NCBI GenBank assembly: GCA_050012255.1
Contig: JBEKHN010000018.1
Coordinates: 1 to 38,974 of the forward strand
Direction of reading: 5' to 3'
Source of the DNA: Candidatus Bathyarchaeia archaeon
Lineage (GTDB): Archaea; Thermoproteota; Bathyarchaeia; Bathyarchaeales; Bathycorpusculaceae
Length of the DNA: 38,974 nt
Part shown: in pieces, positions 1 to 9,042 of the stretch
Layout: the number at the start of each line of letters is the position of its first letter
Numbering within the stretch: the first letter of the stretch is position 1
Position numbers and translations under genes: made by a program
The notes under the pieces: model-generated
The model's database searches: none
The model's input: only the letters and a program-made list of their open reading frames with translations
Told to the model about the DNA's origin: nothing

Positions 1-265
1 TGTTGCATTTTTTGCTGAGATCGACGACAACCTCGTGAAGTTGCGGCTGCTCACTTGCAGACATGGCACGAACACGGTACATTGCACCAATCATATAGGG
101 TGAAACGAGCCACATGACAATGTTAAACACCCCGACCAAGATGCCCAAGGTCAAGAGATCAAAGGATGCTGTCAGGGTCAGAATAACCGTGAAAAACAGC
201 GTTGACAGCCCGATTATTAAGGCAAGCGTTCCAGCCATGGACAAACGGAGCTTCCAGATATCCAT
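1..265 (-). CDS. htpX: HtpX-family (M48) membrane zinc metalloprotease, N-terminal part, truncated by window edge
   Basis: Manual translation from ATG at 265: MDIWKLRLSMAGTLALIIGLSTLFFTVIL...IVMWLVSPYMIGAMYRVRAMSASEQPQLHEVVVDLSKKM. Two TM helices followed by the W-x-x-S-P...P-x-L-x-x-x-V pattern of HtpX N-termini. Not in the ORF track. Confidence 0.8.
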   Translation of the reverse strand, partial: MDIWKLRLSMAGTLALIIGLSTLFFTVILTLTASFDLLTLGILVGVFNIVMWLVSPYMIGAMYRVRAMSASEQPQLHEVVVDLSKKCN

Positions 266-441
266 TAACACACCTGTTGTTTCCCGTATTCTGAATCTCG
301 CCTATAAAGGTTCAGTAGGATTAAAGGGTTTTCCACAATTAGACCCAAATTCCTGCGCATGATGACAAGCGAGGCAGTGGAAAGAGCCCAGGATAGCGCC
401 CGCGCGCACGATACCTAGCTAAATGACCCTGGCTCAAACCT

Positions 442-481
442 GAAAACCCATACTGAAGCTTGTAGTTCATAATGGGTTTTC
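442..481. terminator. Stem-loop between the RsmC-like gene and htpX (terminator or processing structure)
   Basis: Perfect 10-bp inverted repeat GAAAACCCAT (442-451) / ATGGGTTTTC (472-481), about 20 nt past the methyltransferase stop. Confidence 0.35.
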
Positions 482-502
482 TAGTCGCCTAGACGATTGA
501 CT

Positions 503-1120
503 TTAATGTTTGTGCGACATTAAGACGCGATAGCCGCTTTCGCGCGCCGAAACCTCAACATTTCCAAAAGCCTCCTCGAAAAAGGTGCAGAATCGTCTGC
601 CGCCAACCTTGGATCTGACGACCATTTGAAAAGTGCCTTTGTTCGACATGTGCTTTGGCGCTTCACAGATTATCGCTCTAACAGTTTTCAGTCCTGCACT
701 CACAGGGGGGTTCGAAAGCACACAGTCGAAAAGCAGCTCCTGAACAGGTTCGTACAAGTTGCCCCGCCTTACCTCCGCATTGCTGACAAGGTTCTTCTCA
801 ACGTTCTGTCTTGCCAGCCATACCGCTCGGCTGTTAACGTCGGCCAGCACCACGTGCAGTTTTGGGTTGAAAGCCGCTGCCGCAATGCCGACGGGTCCGT
901 AGCCGCATCCGATGTCCAGCGCGTAGCCGTTTTTTGGAAGCACCATGCATTCGATTAGCAGTCTTGTACCCAGGTCGATTCGGCTCCTTGAAAATATGCC
1001 CGAGGCTGTCAGGAACTCGAAAGGTCTTCCCCGCAGGTAGGTGCAGACCAGCCCAAACCTTGCCCTTGACCTTGGGTGCTCTACAAAGTAATGCTCTGTA
1101 CTCTTGTTCTTATTACTCAT
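503..1120 (-). CDS. RsmC/MTS-family class I SAM-dependent methyltransferase
   Basis: EHYF, F-x-T-x-x-GIFS-x-x-x-ID-x-GT-x-LL, LDIGCGYG and SNPP motifs. Start moved to ATG 1120, which overlaps the cbf5 stop. Confidence 0.85.
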   Translation of the reverse strand: MSNKNKSTEHYFVEHPRSRARFGLVCTYLRGRPFEFLTASGIFSRSRIDLGTRLLIECMVLPKNGYALDIGCGYGPVGIAAAAFNPKLHVVLADVNSRAVWLARQNVEKNLVSNAEVRRGNLYEPVQELLFDCVLSNPPVSAGLKTVRAIICEAPKHMSNKGTFQMVVRSKVGGRRFCTFFEEAFGNVEVSARESGYRVLMSHKH

Positions 1121-2145
1121 CCTTTTTCGAACCGCTCTTCCAGCGTTTTGGATAAGTACCTCTGGGCATGAGCACTCTTTCAGTCTTCGCGACAAAGCCG
1201 TGCTCCATGTTCAAGACCTGGTTCCCGTCGACGACGGCTCTGCTCAAGCAAACGGCTTCATTTTTCAAGGTTAGAACAGCAATCATTGAACCTGCTTTAA
1301 CACTGCTCTCAAGCAATAGGACCCCGGGAGCAGTCAGGCTTGCACCGTGACACAGTGCGTCCACTGCTGAGTCCCGAACATGAACCTTTGGAATCATGTC
1401 CAAGGCTCGCTCCATCGGCTGAATAAACCGTCTTAGATATGTTTCATCGTTCTTTTCCTGCCACATCATGAACCAGTAGGCAGCATCATGCAAGATCACG
1501 CTGCCTGCCTCAACGAACGGCCCGGCTCTAGTTCTTCGCAGCTCCTGCATGTGTGCGCCACAGCCCAAGACTTCGCCGATGTCAAAGCATAGCTTGCGTA
1601 TGTACGTGCCGCCTTCGCATCCGGTTCTGAACAGCACTTTGCGTCCGTCTGTTTCGAGGAGATCCAAGTAATAGATGCGTCGAGTTCGAAGTTGACGTTT
1701 GACCGAAGCCCTTAAAGGCGGTCGCTGATAGATGTTGTCCTCAAACTCGCCTAGAACTTTCTTGATTTGTTCTATGCTCACGTCTTTATGCAGCTTCATC
1801 ACGCAGACGTACTCTTTCCCGCTGTGGAGCAATGCCTGAACAACTTTCGTGGCGTCCCCTAGAGTCACAGGCAGAACTCCGGTCACTTTGGGATTTCTCT
1901 GGCTAAGCCTTCGCCTCTAGAGTCCCGCCGTGACCAACATGGTCCTGCTTCAAGATGCGCTTAACCCACGCGGCAACCTCGTGGCTGCTCGGACCGGCCG
2001 GCTTGTCAACGTTGATCACACCGTATTTGATCAACTCCTCAGCCGACCTTTCTTCGGGCTTACATCCAAAACGCGGGTCAGTTTCGTCCTCAGCTTTGAC
2101 AAGCAGCTCATGTTTGACTTCCCATGGAGCAGCAGTCCTAGGCAT
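1113..2145 (-). CDS. cbf5: H/ACA RNP / tRNA pseudouridine synthase Cbf5 (exon 1 2145-1917, exon 2 1894-1113; 336 aa after splicing)
   Basis: DKPAGPSSHEV and GHGGTL in the upstream ORF; TGVLP, IYQRPPLRASVKR, GTYIRKLC, GAHMQELRRTR and a PUA domain downstream. Removing 22 nt restores GHGGTLDPKVTGVLP. Confidence 0.95.
1895..1916 (-). other. 22-nt archaeal pre-mRNA intron with canonical bulge-helix-bulge (BHB) motif
   Basis: Transcript GGGA-CUCU-AGA-GGC...GCC-AGAG-AAA-UCCC: outer stem GGGA/UCCC, 4-bp helix CUCU/AGAG, two 3-nt bulges. Cleavage after the second nt of each bulge yields GAU (Asp). Confidence 0.92.
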
Positions 2146-2278
2146 AGTGGCAATATCACTCCTACAGACTAGAAAAAGTGTTTGAAGTATTTGAGCTTAG
2201 ATGTGAAACACAGCTTCTTGCCTGCCTCGCCCTTTGCGATTGATGAGGAAGATTGCTCATGGGCGAGGGCCGTCTAGT

Positions 2279-2569
2279 TCATTTCGCAGCTAAGACAGGT
2301 TTGAGTTCTTTCGCCATCATGTCTAGCTTGCCAGAAGCCTTCAGCGCTTCTGAAATTTCATCATCAGAGGCTCCACGTTTGATCTCCACCGTGTCTTGCA
2401 GAGGTTCAACGTGGTTGATGTTTGCTCGTCGTCTTCTGATGCCAGTCACTTTTTGCGGTCCAGTTATCAACACAAAACTCTTGTCCACGACGTCGACTAT
2501 CACACATTTTCTTCCGGCCTCGCGTCCCGAAACCTTAACGCATATTCTGCCAACCTCTATCGCGGGCAT
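2279..2569 (-). CDS. rpl14e: 50S ribosomal protein L14e
   Basis: MPAIEVGRICVKVSGREAGRKCVIVDVVDKSFVLITGP...RRRRANINHVEP; usual position upstream of cbf5. Confidence 0.95.
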   Translation of the reverse strand: MPAIEVGRICVKVSGREAGRKCVIVDVVDKSFVLITGPQKVTGIRRRRANINHVEPLQDTVEIKRGASDDEISEALKASGKLDMMAKELKPVLAAK

Positions 2570-2626
2570 CACAGGTTCTCCTTCAGACTCATATGAGTGG
2601 CACTGAACCGTATTTATAGGTTCACT

Positions 2627-3973
2627 CTAGGTCATGAACCTCTCAACAACATGGTACAAGACACTCGTTCCGAACACAAGGTTATCGATCGAGATCCTCT
2701 CATCAACCCCATGAATTCCACTCTTCATTTCTCCGTAGGACATATCTGCGCGCATAGGCTGAAAACCGTAACACACGGCACCCAGCTTTCTGAGAAATCG
2801 AGAGTCAGTTCCACCGGTCAGCATGTCTGGCGCAACGGCACAACCAGAGTCGAATTTTCGCAGAGCACTCACGATCTCTCGATACAGCGTGGTGTTAAGA
2901 GGCGACTCTGAGGGCTCATTGGCTTGAATTATCTCAAACTCCAACTTTTCAAAGCCTACGCTCTTGAGCAAGATTCTAATTATGTCCATCGCCTCCGCGG
3001 TGGTCTGGCCTGGCAAGACTCTGCAGTCAAAGACAGCTTCGCACTCTGACGGGATTATGTTTTCTTTGACTCCGCCGTGAATCATTGTGGGAGTCACCGT
3101 CATCCTGAGCTTTGCCCGTATCTCTTCAGCCAAAATTCTGTCTTTCTTGGCAAGTTCATCCAAAACGGAATCAGCAGTAGCCGGGTTCTCAAGAAGCTTG
3201 GTTAATGTCTTCCTTGCCGTCTTTTTCTCTTTTGCCATTTCAGCCAAGAACTGTCTAACAGTGGGCGTTAACGAGATTCTTGAGCGGTATCTCTCAAGCT
3301 TACCAACGACGTTGTTCATCCGTACAATGGCGTTGTCTGCTGCTCCTGGTATCGAGCCGTGTCCAGGAGTGCCTTTTGCCTTGACCTTAAACCACAAGAT
3401 TCCTTTCTCCGCTGTTTGAACTGTGTACATGCTTTTGCCGTTCACAGGTATCGCTAGGCCTCCCCCCTCGTTTATCACGTAGTCTGCCCGAATTTTCTCC
3501 GGATACTTGCGCGTTAACCAGCCAACTCCTTTCTCTCCCCCTTTCTCTTCGTCTGCCGTTGCCGCGAGTATGACGTCACCTTTCAATTGGACGCGCTTTT
3601 TTTTCAGGAGCTTTAAGACCATAACTTCAACGGCAGTCATGGACTTCATGTCCAGTGCACCACGTCCCCACACGAAGCCATCTTTGATTGTGCCAGCAAA
3701 AGGTTCTGCGTTCCATTCTCTTGGGTTCGCAGCGACTACATCCAAGTGTGAAAGCAATAAGAGGCTCGGTTTTTCTCCACTCCCTTTTAGGCGCGTTATA
3801 ACATTGCCCCTTCCAGGTTCAGACTCAAGAAGCTCGCATGCGAGACCTTCTTTCTCAAGGGTTTTGGCCAAATACTGTGCTGCCTCCGTTTCATTTCCGG
3901 GCGGGTTGGTCGTGTCTATTCGGATCAAATCCCTGAGAAGACTCGTGACTTCTCCTCTTGCCTCTTCAAGCAA
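2627..3973 (-). CDS. M20/M25/M40 family metallo-hydrolase (ArgE/DapE-like)
   Basis: SHLDVV, WGRGALDMK, ADEE, GHGS, GGTD and HGVDERI motifs. Confidence 0.9.
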   Translation of the reverse strand: MLEEARGEVTSLLRDLIRIDTTNPPGNETEAAQYLAKTLEKEGLACELLESEPGRGNVITRLKGSGEKPSLLLLSHLDVVAANPREWNAEPFAGTIKDGFVWGRGALDMKSMTAVEVMVLKLLKKKRVQLKGDVILAATADEEKGGEKGVGWLTRKYPEKIRADYVINEGGGLAIPVNGKSMYTVQTAEKGILWFKVKAKGTPGHGSIPGAADNAIVRMNNVVGKLERYRSRISLTPTVRQFLAEMAKEKKTARKTLTKLLENPATADSVLDELAKKDRILAEEIRAKLRMTVTPTMIHGGVKENIIPSECEAVFDCRVLPGQTTAEAMDIIRILLKSVGFEKLEFEIIQANEPSESPLNTTLYREIVSALRKFDSGCAVAPDMLTGGTDSRFLRKLGAVCYGFQPMRADMSYGEMKSGIHGVDERISIDNLVFGTSVLYHVVERFMT

Positions 3974-4152
3974 TTGAGCATCGACCTCCTAGCTTCTCGC
4001 TCATTCTCAAAGCAACAAATGTTTCGACTTGCTTAATAGTCTGTTATCACGCCTAATCAGGCCTTAAGCTTTAATATCCACGTCCTGAATGCTTATGTCG
4101 CAGCAAACTGTGCCGAAAAATCGTCAGAAAGCACATTGGAAGGACAGCTTCG

Positions 4153-4695
4153 ATGGTCAGCCAGCAAGACCAGGTTCTACCCAAGTTGCAGGAAAGCTCG
4201 TGCAAGGTCGTTGGCCTAATATCCGACACACACGTACCCGTTCGGGCCAAGGAGATTCCCAAACGGGTGTTCAAGGTTTTTGAAAACGTGGATTATATTG
4301 TGCACGCCGGCGACTTGGTGGAGTTATCAGTCATTGACGACTTAGAACAGCTCGCACCAGTCTTGGTTGTTTATGGAAACATGGATGGGCCTGAAGTTCG
4401 TGGAAAACTGCAGAAATTGAGTTCCTTCAAGGTGTTCAACTGGAAAATCGGGGTTGTGCACGACCCTGGTGTACTTTTTGGGATGGGAAAAATGCGTCAA
4501 ATCTCCAAGATGAACGGTTTCGATGTCGTGGTTCATGGGCACACCCATAATTCAAGCATGAAATGGGAAGGGGACATCTTGTTCATAAACCCTGGAAGTC
4601 CAACAAATCCTCTTCCTCCATTCATATCTAAACCCACTGTTGCCTTGCTGAGAGTAACCAAGGAAAGGATTGTGCCTGAAGTAATTCAAATCTAA
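4153..4695 (+). CDS. YfcE/MJ0936-family metallophosphoesterase
   Basis: ISDTH, HAGD, GNMD, HGHTH and NPGS motifs. Confidence 0.9.
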   Translation: MVSQQDQVLPKLQESSCKVVGLISDTHVPVRAKEIPKRVFKVFENVDYIVHAGDLVELSVIDDLEQLAPVLVVYGNMDGPEVRGKLQKLSSFKVFNWKIGVVHDPGVLFGMGKMRQISKMNGFDVVVHGHTHNSSMKWEGDILFINPGSPTNPLPPFISKPTVALLRVTKERIVPEVIQI

Positions 4696-4789
4696 GGGCA
4701 CGAATGGCTTGCGGCTTATCCCTTCGTGAAATTGACCGCCAATTGAGACTTATATTCAAAGCATCAATTATGTTTCTTGAGGGTCATGT

Positions 4790-5293
4790 ATGAAAGAACA
4801 CTATATACTAGAAACACTGCTAATATTGCTGTGCATGTCTACTGTAGCGGGTTTTCGCATTCAAATCGCAGATGCCGGCATTCCGAGTATTGTCAGCGTG
4901 ATTGTTTGGACCAGCGGAACGCATACGATGCTTAACATCACAATCACTCATAGTCCGCCTCCGACCATTGGACCAAGTCACTACGTAAGCATAGTTCAAG
5001 TAGATATCAATGGAACGACGACTGATCTCGCGCAATCTCCTCAGTCGACAATCACATTCGTCGTGACCTACGACATGGGAGAGGTGGCGAGTGGTTCCAC
5101 AGTACGCGTCCGAGCTTTCTGCACTGTCCATGGCTGGAGTGATTGGTCCAACACGATAACAGTTCCAGAATATCCACCCTCCGCACTGCTGCTCGTCCTC
5201 GTTGCAGCTGCACTTGTCATGGTCGCAATGAGACTTCGATTCAATGTCCAGAGCGAGCTTCACAAGAAAAGATCTGTATACTGTAGCAAATAG
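4790..5293 (+). CDS. Secreted, C-terminally anchored protein with a superoxide reductase/desulfoferrodoxin-like motif and PEF-CTERM-like signal
   Basis: Signal peptide ending A-D-A; H-x9-H-Y-V and C-T-V-H-G-W; VPEYP followed by a TM helix and RLR. Confidence 0.6.
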   Translation: MKEHYILETLLILLCMSTVAGFRIQIADAGIPSIVSVIVWTSGTHTMLNITITHSPPPTIGPSHYVSIVQVDINGTTTDLAQSPQSTITFVVTYDMGEVASGSTVRVRAFCTVHGWSDWSNTITVPEYPPSALLLVLVAAALVMVAMRLRFNVQSELHKKRSVYCSK

Positions 5294-5691
5294 ACGAGTA
5301 TTCCCAGCGACAAAGCAACCAACCAGAACATAAACGCCATTCGCATAACCTTCTTTCTTTTAATACAGTACGCGGTGCCGGGGCGCAAACGCCAAGAAGC
5401 AAGGATGAATACCGCAAGAACATCAGCCACGGAGCCAAATGTCGCGTGCAACACTATGACGATTGATCGCTTTTCCAATGCTGACATCATTATTACTGGC
5501 TCGAGCGAAATCAATGATGGCCCCATGACCAGTGCAAAAGATACAAGGTTTAAGACGAGTGCGATGAGCATGAGTACTCCATGTGAAAGGAATCTGCCTT
5601 TCCGTTTGAAAGTGTAGCTGGCAAGAAGCAACGCTAAAATGACTACTTGTAACACTAGGTTAGACCGTGCCAGCAGTAAGTAGAAATCCAC
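5260..5691 (-). CDS. DUF420-like four-TM membrane protein
   Basis: Four hydrophobic helices; K-x-K-G-x-x-x-x-H-G-x-x-M, H-A-x-x-G and a C-terminal W-x-x-x-x-x-x-G-x-x-V-Y pattern. Confidence 0.6.
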   Translation of the reverse strand: MDFYLLLARSNLVLQVVILALLLASYTFKRKGRFLSHGVLMLIALVLNLVSFALVMGPSLISLEPVIMMSALEKRSIVIVLHATFGSVADVLAVFILASWRLRPGTAYCIKRKKVMRMAFMFWLVALSLGILVYLLQYTDLFL

Positions 5692-5837
5692 GTTTTCCCC
5701 GACTTATCAATCACCGCTGGCGTCTATAAGACTTTCACTTTAACCAGTCTCTCCCTTTTTCAGCAATGTTGTTTGTAAGAGAGCTTTAAAAGTGTAAGGC
5801 ACTGAGTCGTTGAGATTGCACAAGTAGTTGGAAGTGA

Positions 5838-5981
5838 ATGGGAATGGAACGTTGTAAGAACCCTTGGAATGGTGAATGCAAGAGTAATGACATTGAAGTC
5901 TACATTTTCTTGAAAGGAGAGAGGGTGCCGATTTGCAGGCGCTGCTGGAGCAAACTGGCAGACAGAGACTTCGAGTGGTGA
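5838..5981 (+). CDS. Small 4-Cys zinc-finger-like protein (47 aa)
   Basis: Manual translation MGMERCKNPWNGECKSNDIEVYIFLKGERVPICRRCWSKLADRDFEW*. C-x7-C...C-x2-C; stop lies 4 nt before the next ATG. Below the ORF-track cutoff. Confidence 0.7.
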   Translation: MGMERCKNPWNGECKSNDIEVYIFLKGERVPICRRCWSKLADRDFEW

Positions 5982-5985
5982 GAAC

Positions 5986-6225
5986 ATGGAAGGTTTCAGC
6001 CTCAACACAGCAAGGTCTTTTCTCGGGAGAAACGTTAACCTACACCTGAAAGACGGCTCTGTCATAATAAACGTTCAGCTAGCAGGGATCATGAAGGACG
6101 AATTCAGAAGAGAGAACTTTGTCACGTGCGTTCCATATGGCAACAGAACAACTATGAGAATCTCCATAAAAAACATAGCATGGGCAGAATTGCTGAACCT
6201 GAACTTGATCCTAGCTAGCGGGTAA
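5986..6225 (+). CDS. Hypothetical protein, possible Sm-like/SH3-type beta-barrel
   Basis: 79 aa; FLGRNVNLHLKDGSVI resembles the Sm1 motif. GGTGA SD upstream. Confidence 0.55.
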   Translation: MEGFSLNTARSFLGRNVNLHLKDGSVIINVQLAGIMKDEFRRENFVTCVPYGNRTTMRISIKNIAWAELLNLNLILASG

Positions 6226-6279
6226 AATGTAGAAAGTAGTCGAAACGTAGATTAGAAAAGCCTGGCTTATAGAGCCTTC

Positions 6280-6672
6280 ATGCGCTGTTCGCACTGTGGA
6301 ATATGCTGCGCAGAAACTCAAATGTTGCTTTCTGAAGAGGACGTGCGGCTCTTGGTGAAGGCAGGTTACAGCAGCGCAAGGTTTGTGCGATATGACAAGC
6401 ATGGTTATGCGATGCTCCGAAACCGTGGGGGCCACTGTGTTTTCTACGATGTTGAAAGGCGACGCTGTGAAACCTATAAGTCTAGGCCGTTGGGATGCCA
6501 CGTGTACCCCGTGGTCTACAGCGAGGAAAACGTAGCGGTCGTGGATGAACTGTGCCCGATGGGCCGAACCGTTTCAAAGATGGAACTGAGAAAAAAAAGC
6601 GAGAAGGTTGGTGAGCTTCTGCGAAGGATAGACCTTGAAGCTGCAAGTCGCAAACGGCCCCGGGGATCATAA
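6280..6672 (+). CDS. YkgJ/UPF0153-family cysteine cluster protein
   Basis: CxxCGxCC, C-V-F-Y, C-x-x-Y-x-x-RP-x-x-C-x-x-YP motifs. Confidence 0.85.
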   Translation: MRCSHCGICCAETQMLLSEEDVRLLVKAGYSSARFVRYDKHGYAMLRNRGGHCVFYDVERRRCETYKSRPLGCHVYPVVYSEENVAVVDELCPMGRTVSKMELRKKSEKVGELLRRIDLEAASRKRPRGS

Positions 6673-6743
6673 CTATTCTTTTAACATGAAACCGGCAAAC
6701 AATGTTAAATAAAACCACGCAAATTCTCTGATCGGTTAAAAAA

Positions 6744-7751
6744 ATGCCTTGCACAGTTGTAGCCGGCGGCTTCTGGGGAGATGAGGGCAAAGGGAAAATA
6801 ATATCCTATTTGGCACTCAAAGACAAGATAGACTTCTGCGTCAGAACAGGATCAGTGAACGCCGCCCACACCATCTGGTACAAGGGCAAACGCTACGCGT
6901 TACACATGGTTCCAGGAGGTTTCGTCAACAACGAATGTCGGCTGCTGATCGGGCCAGGCGCAAACGTTCACGTTGAACAGTTTTTGAAAGAAGTTGAAGA
7001 GACCAACGTGAAGAACCGCATAGGGGTTGATGGCCAAGCTTCCATAATTGAAGCGAAGCACTCGACTCAGGACAAGACGAGCGCGCACCTCAAGGGTCTA
7101 GGCACGACGGGCTGGGGTGTCGGGCCGGCGGTTGAAGAGCGTGTGCGCAGGACTGCTAGGCTTGCGAGAGATATTCCAGAACTGACGCCTTACCTCGTAG
7201 ACGCGGCTTCGGAAATCAACGATGCACTGAACAAGCAGAAGAATGTTCTGCTCGAAGGAACCCAAGGGCTGATGCTCTCTGTGTTCCATGGGACATACCC
7301 GTACGTCACAAGCAGAGATACGAGTGCTGCTGCGATATGTTCAGAAGCGGGTGTAGGCCCAACCAGAGTCGATGATGTCTTGTTAGTGTTGAAATCCTTC
7401 ATGACCCGCGTGGGGACAGGACCTCTGCCAGGAGAGATACCAAAAGAGGAGGCGTTGAAGCGAGGATGGTTTGAGACGGCGGCAGGAACTGGACGAGACA
7501 GACGCGCAGCACCCTTCGACTTTGAACTTGCCAAGAGGTCTGTGATGATCGATGGGGCCACTCAGATTGGGTTGACTAAGCTAGACTGCGTGTACCAAGA
7601 GTGTAAGGGTGCAAGGTCATACGAGGAAGTTCCAAGAGAGGCAAGACAATTCGTGACCAGAATTGAAAAAGAAACAGGAATCCAAGTTGCACTTATAGGA
7701 ACTGGACCCGACGCCTTAGACCTCGTCGATAGGAGAAAACAGCCTCGATAA
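6744..7751 (+). CDS. purA: Adenylosuccinate synthetase (short archaeal type)
   Basis: WGDEGKGK, NAAHT, GTTGWGVGP, EGTQG, YPYVTS, TRVGTGP, GTGRDRR and TKLD motifs. Confidence 0.95.
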   Translation: MPCTVVAGGFWGDEGKGKIISYLALKDKIDFCVRTGSVNAAHTIWYKGKRYALHMVPGGFVNNECRLLIGPGANVHVEQFLKEVEETNVKNRIGVDGQASIIEAKHSTQDKTSAHLKGLGTTGWGVGPAVEERVRRTARLARDIPELTPYLVDAASEINDALNKQKNVLLEGTQGLMLSVFHGTYPYVTSRDTSAAAICSEAGVGPTRVDDVLLVLKSFMTRVGTGPLPGEIPKEEALKRGWFETAAGTGRDRRAAPFDFELAKRSVMIDGATQIGLTKLDCVYQECKGARSYEEVPREARQFVTRIEKETGIQVALIGTGPDALDLVDRRKQPR

Positions 7752-7840
7752 GAATTAGCAGAGTCGTTAATTATTCGGCAATGATCGAAAAACAATAAGG
7801 ATAACGATCGAAAACATATGGTGGCACGTGAGGCCTGCCA

Positions 7841-8977
7841 GTGTTAAACAGAGACTTGAAACTAGTTTTCGCTTGCAACCTGGTGGGCTCTTTCGGCGAT
7901 GGCCTTTTCGCTTATCTTCTACCGGTTTACATGAGTAGCACGTTAGGCGCCGACTCAGTTCAGATAGGCATACTGTATGCCATGCTCAGCCTATTCGCTG
8001 CCCTGACCCTCCTGATCTCAGGAACACTTGCAGACAGGTATGACCGCAAGAAAATCATGATCGCCGGGTGGCTTGCATGGCTGCCCGTGCCGTTGATCTT
8101 TTCGTCAGCCAGCAACTGGATTGGAATGGTTCCTGGAATGATAATGTGGGGTTTCTGGCTAGGAGGACCCGCGGGAACAGCATACATCGTGACAGCGGCC
8201 GACCCCAGCATGTTGACGTTGACTTTCACGACGATGTCCGTTGCATGGTCAATCGGTTACATTTTTTCTCCTGCTTTGGGGGGATTTCTGTCCGGAAACA
8301 TCGGCATGAAACCTGTTTTCTACATAGCCTTCATTCTTTACTCTTTGGCCTGCCTGACACTTTTCTTCATCAAGAGCCAACGCGCAAAGAACATTCAAAC
8401 CAGCAAGGAGAATGATTATTCATTCAAAGAACTTCTGAAAACCCGAAAACTGTTGATCATGACGATTTTCTTCGCGGCCTTGATGTTTGTTTTGACGATG
8501 TTTCGACCTTTCATTCCAAAGTTCGTGGCCGATGTGTACAAGTTTGGCGATTTTGAAGTGGGTGTTCTCGGTTCAGTTTCCTTTGCAAGCTCAGCGATAC
8601 TTGGTCTTCTTCTTGGCAGACTTGGAGACAGGTCAGGTAAATCGTATCCTCTTGCACTGTCTGCCATCCTGAGCAGTGTGTCAACGGTTCTGTTGTTGTT
8701 GTCGGGCAGTTTCGCCATTCTTGCAGTCTCATTTATTCTGATAGGCGGTTCATACTTAACGTGGTCTTTGATGAGTGCTATCGCAGGCCCTATGGCCCCA
8801 GAATCATGCAGGGCCCGTTGGGTGGCGGTGCCTCAGACTGTAAGCATGTTTGTGTCCTTCATAGCGCCGTACCTTGGTGGTCTTCTCTACGCGTTTTCAC
8901 CGCAGTATCCATTCATCGTGGCAGCGGCTGTCATGCCGGTCATGGCTCTTTTGGCGGTTAGACTCTTTAGAGATTGA
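7841..8977 (+). CDS. MFS transporter
   Basis: About 12 TM helices; motif A in both halves (GTLADRYDRK, GRLGDRSGK). Confidence 0.9.
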   Translation: MLNRDLKLVFACNLVGSFGDGLFAYLLPVYMSSTLGADSVQIGILYAMLSLFAALTLLISGTLADRYDRKKIMIAGWLAWLPVPLIFSSASNWIGMVPGMIMWGFWLGGPAGTAYIVTAADPSMLTLTFTTMSVAWSIGYIFSPALGGFLSGNIGMKPVFYIAFILYSLACLTLFFIKSQRAKNIQTSKENDYSFKELLKTRKLLIMTIFFAALMFVLTMFRPFIPKFVADVYKFGDFEVGVLGSVSFASSAILGLLLGRLGDRSGKSYPLALSAILSSVSTVLLLLSGSFAILAVSFILIGGSYLTWSLMSAIAGPMAPESCRARWVAVPQTVSMFVSFIAPYLGGLLYAFSPQYPFIVAAAVMPVMALLAVRLFRD

Positions 8978-9042
8978 CTGGAGTAAGTTTTCCGTAACTC
9001 TTAAGAAGGGTCTTTCGACTCACTTAGGGAAAGGTGAATCAG

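Noticed and set aside
1113-2145. cbf5 as a split gene or pseudogene
   Set aside because: A perfect BHB intron explains the break and restores the catalytic motif.
2225-2278. H/ACA guide RNA next to cbf5
   Set aside because: No ACA box after the stem and the K-loop geometry is non-canonical; kept only as a low-interest hairpin.
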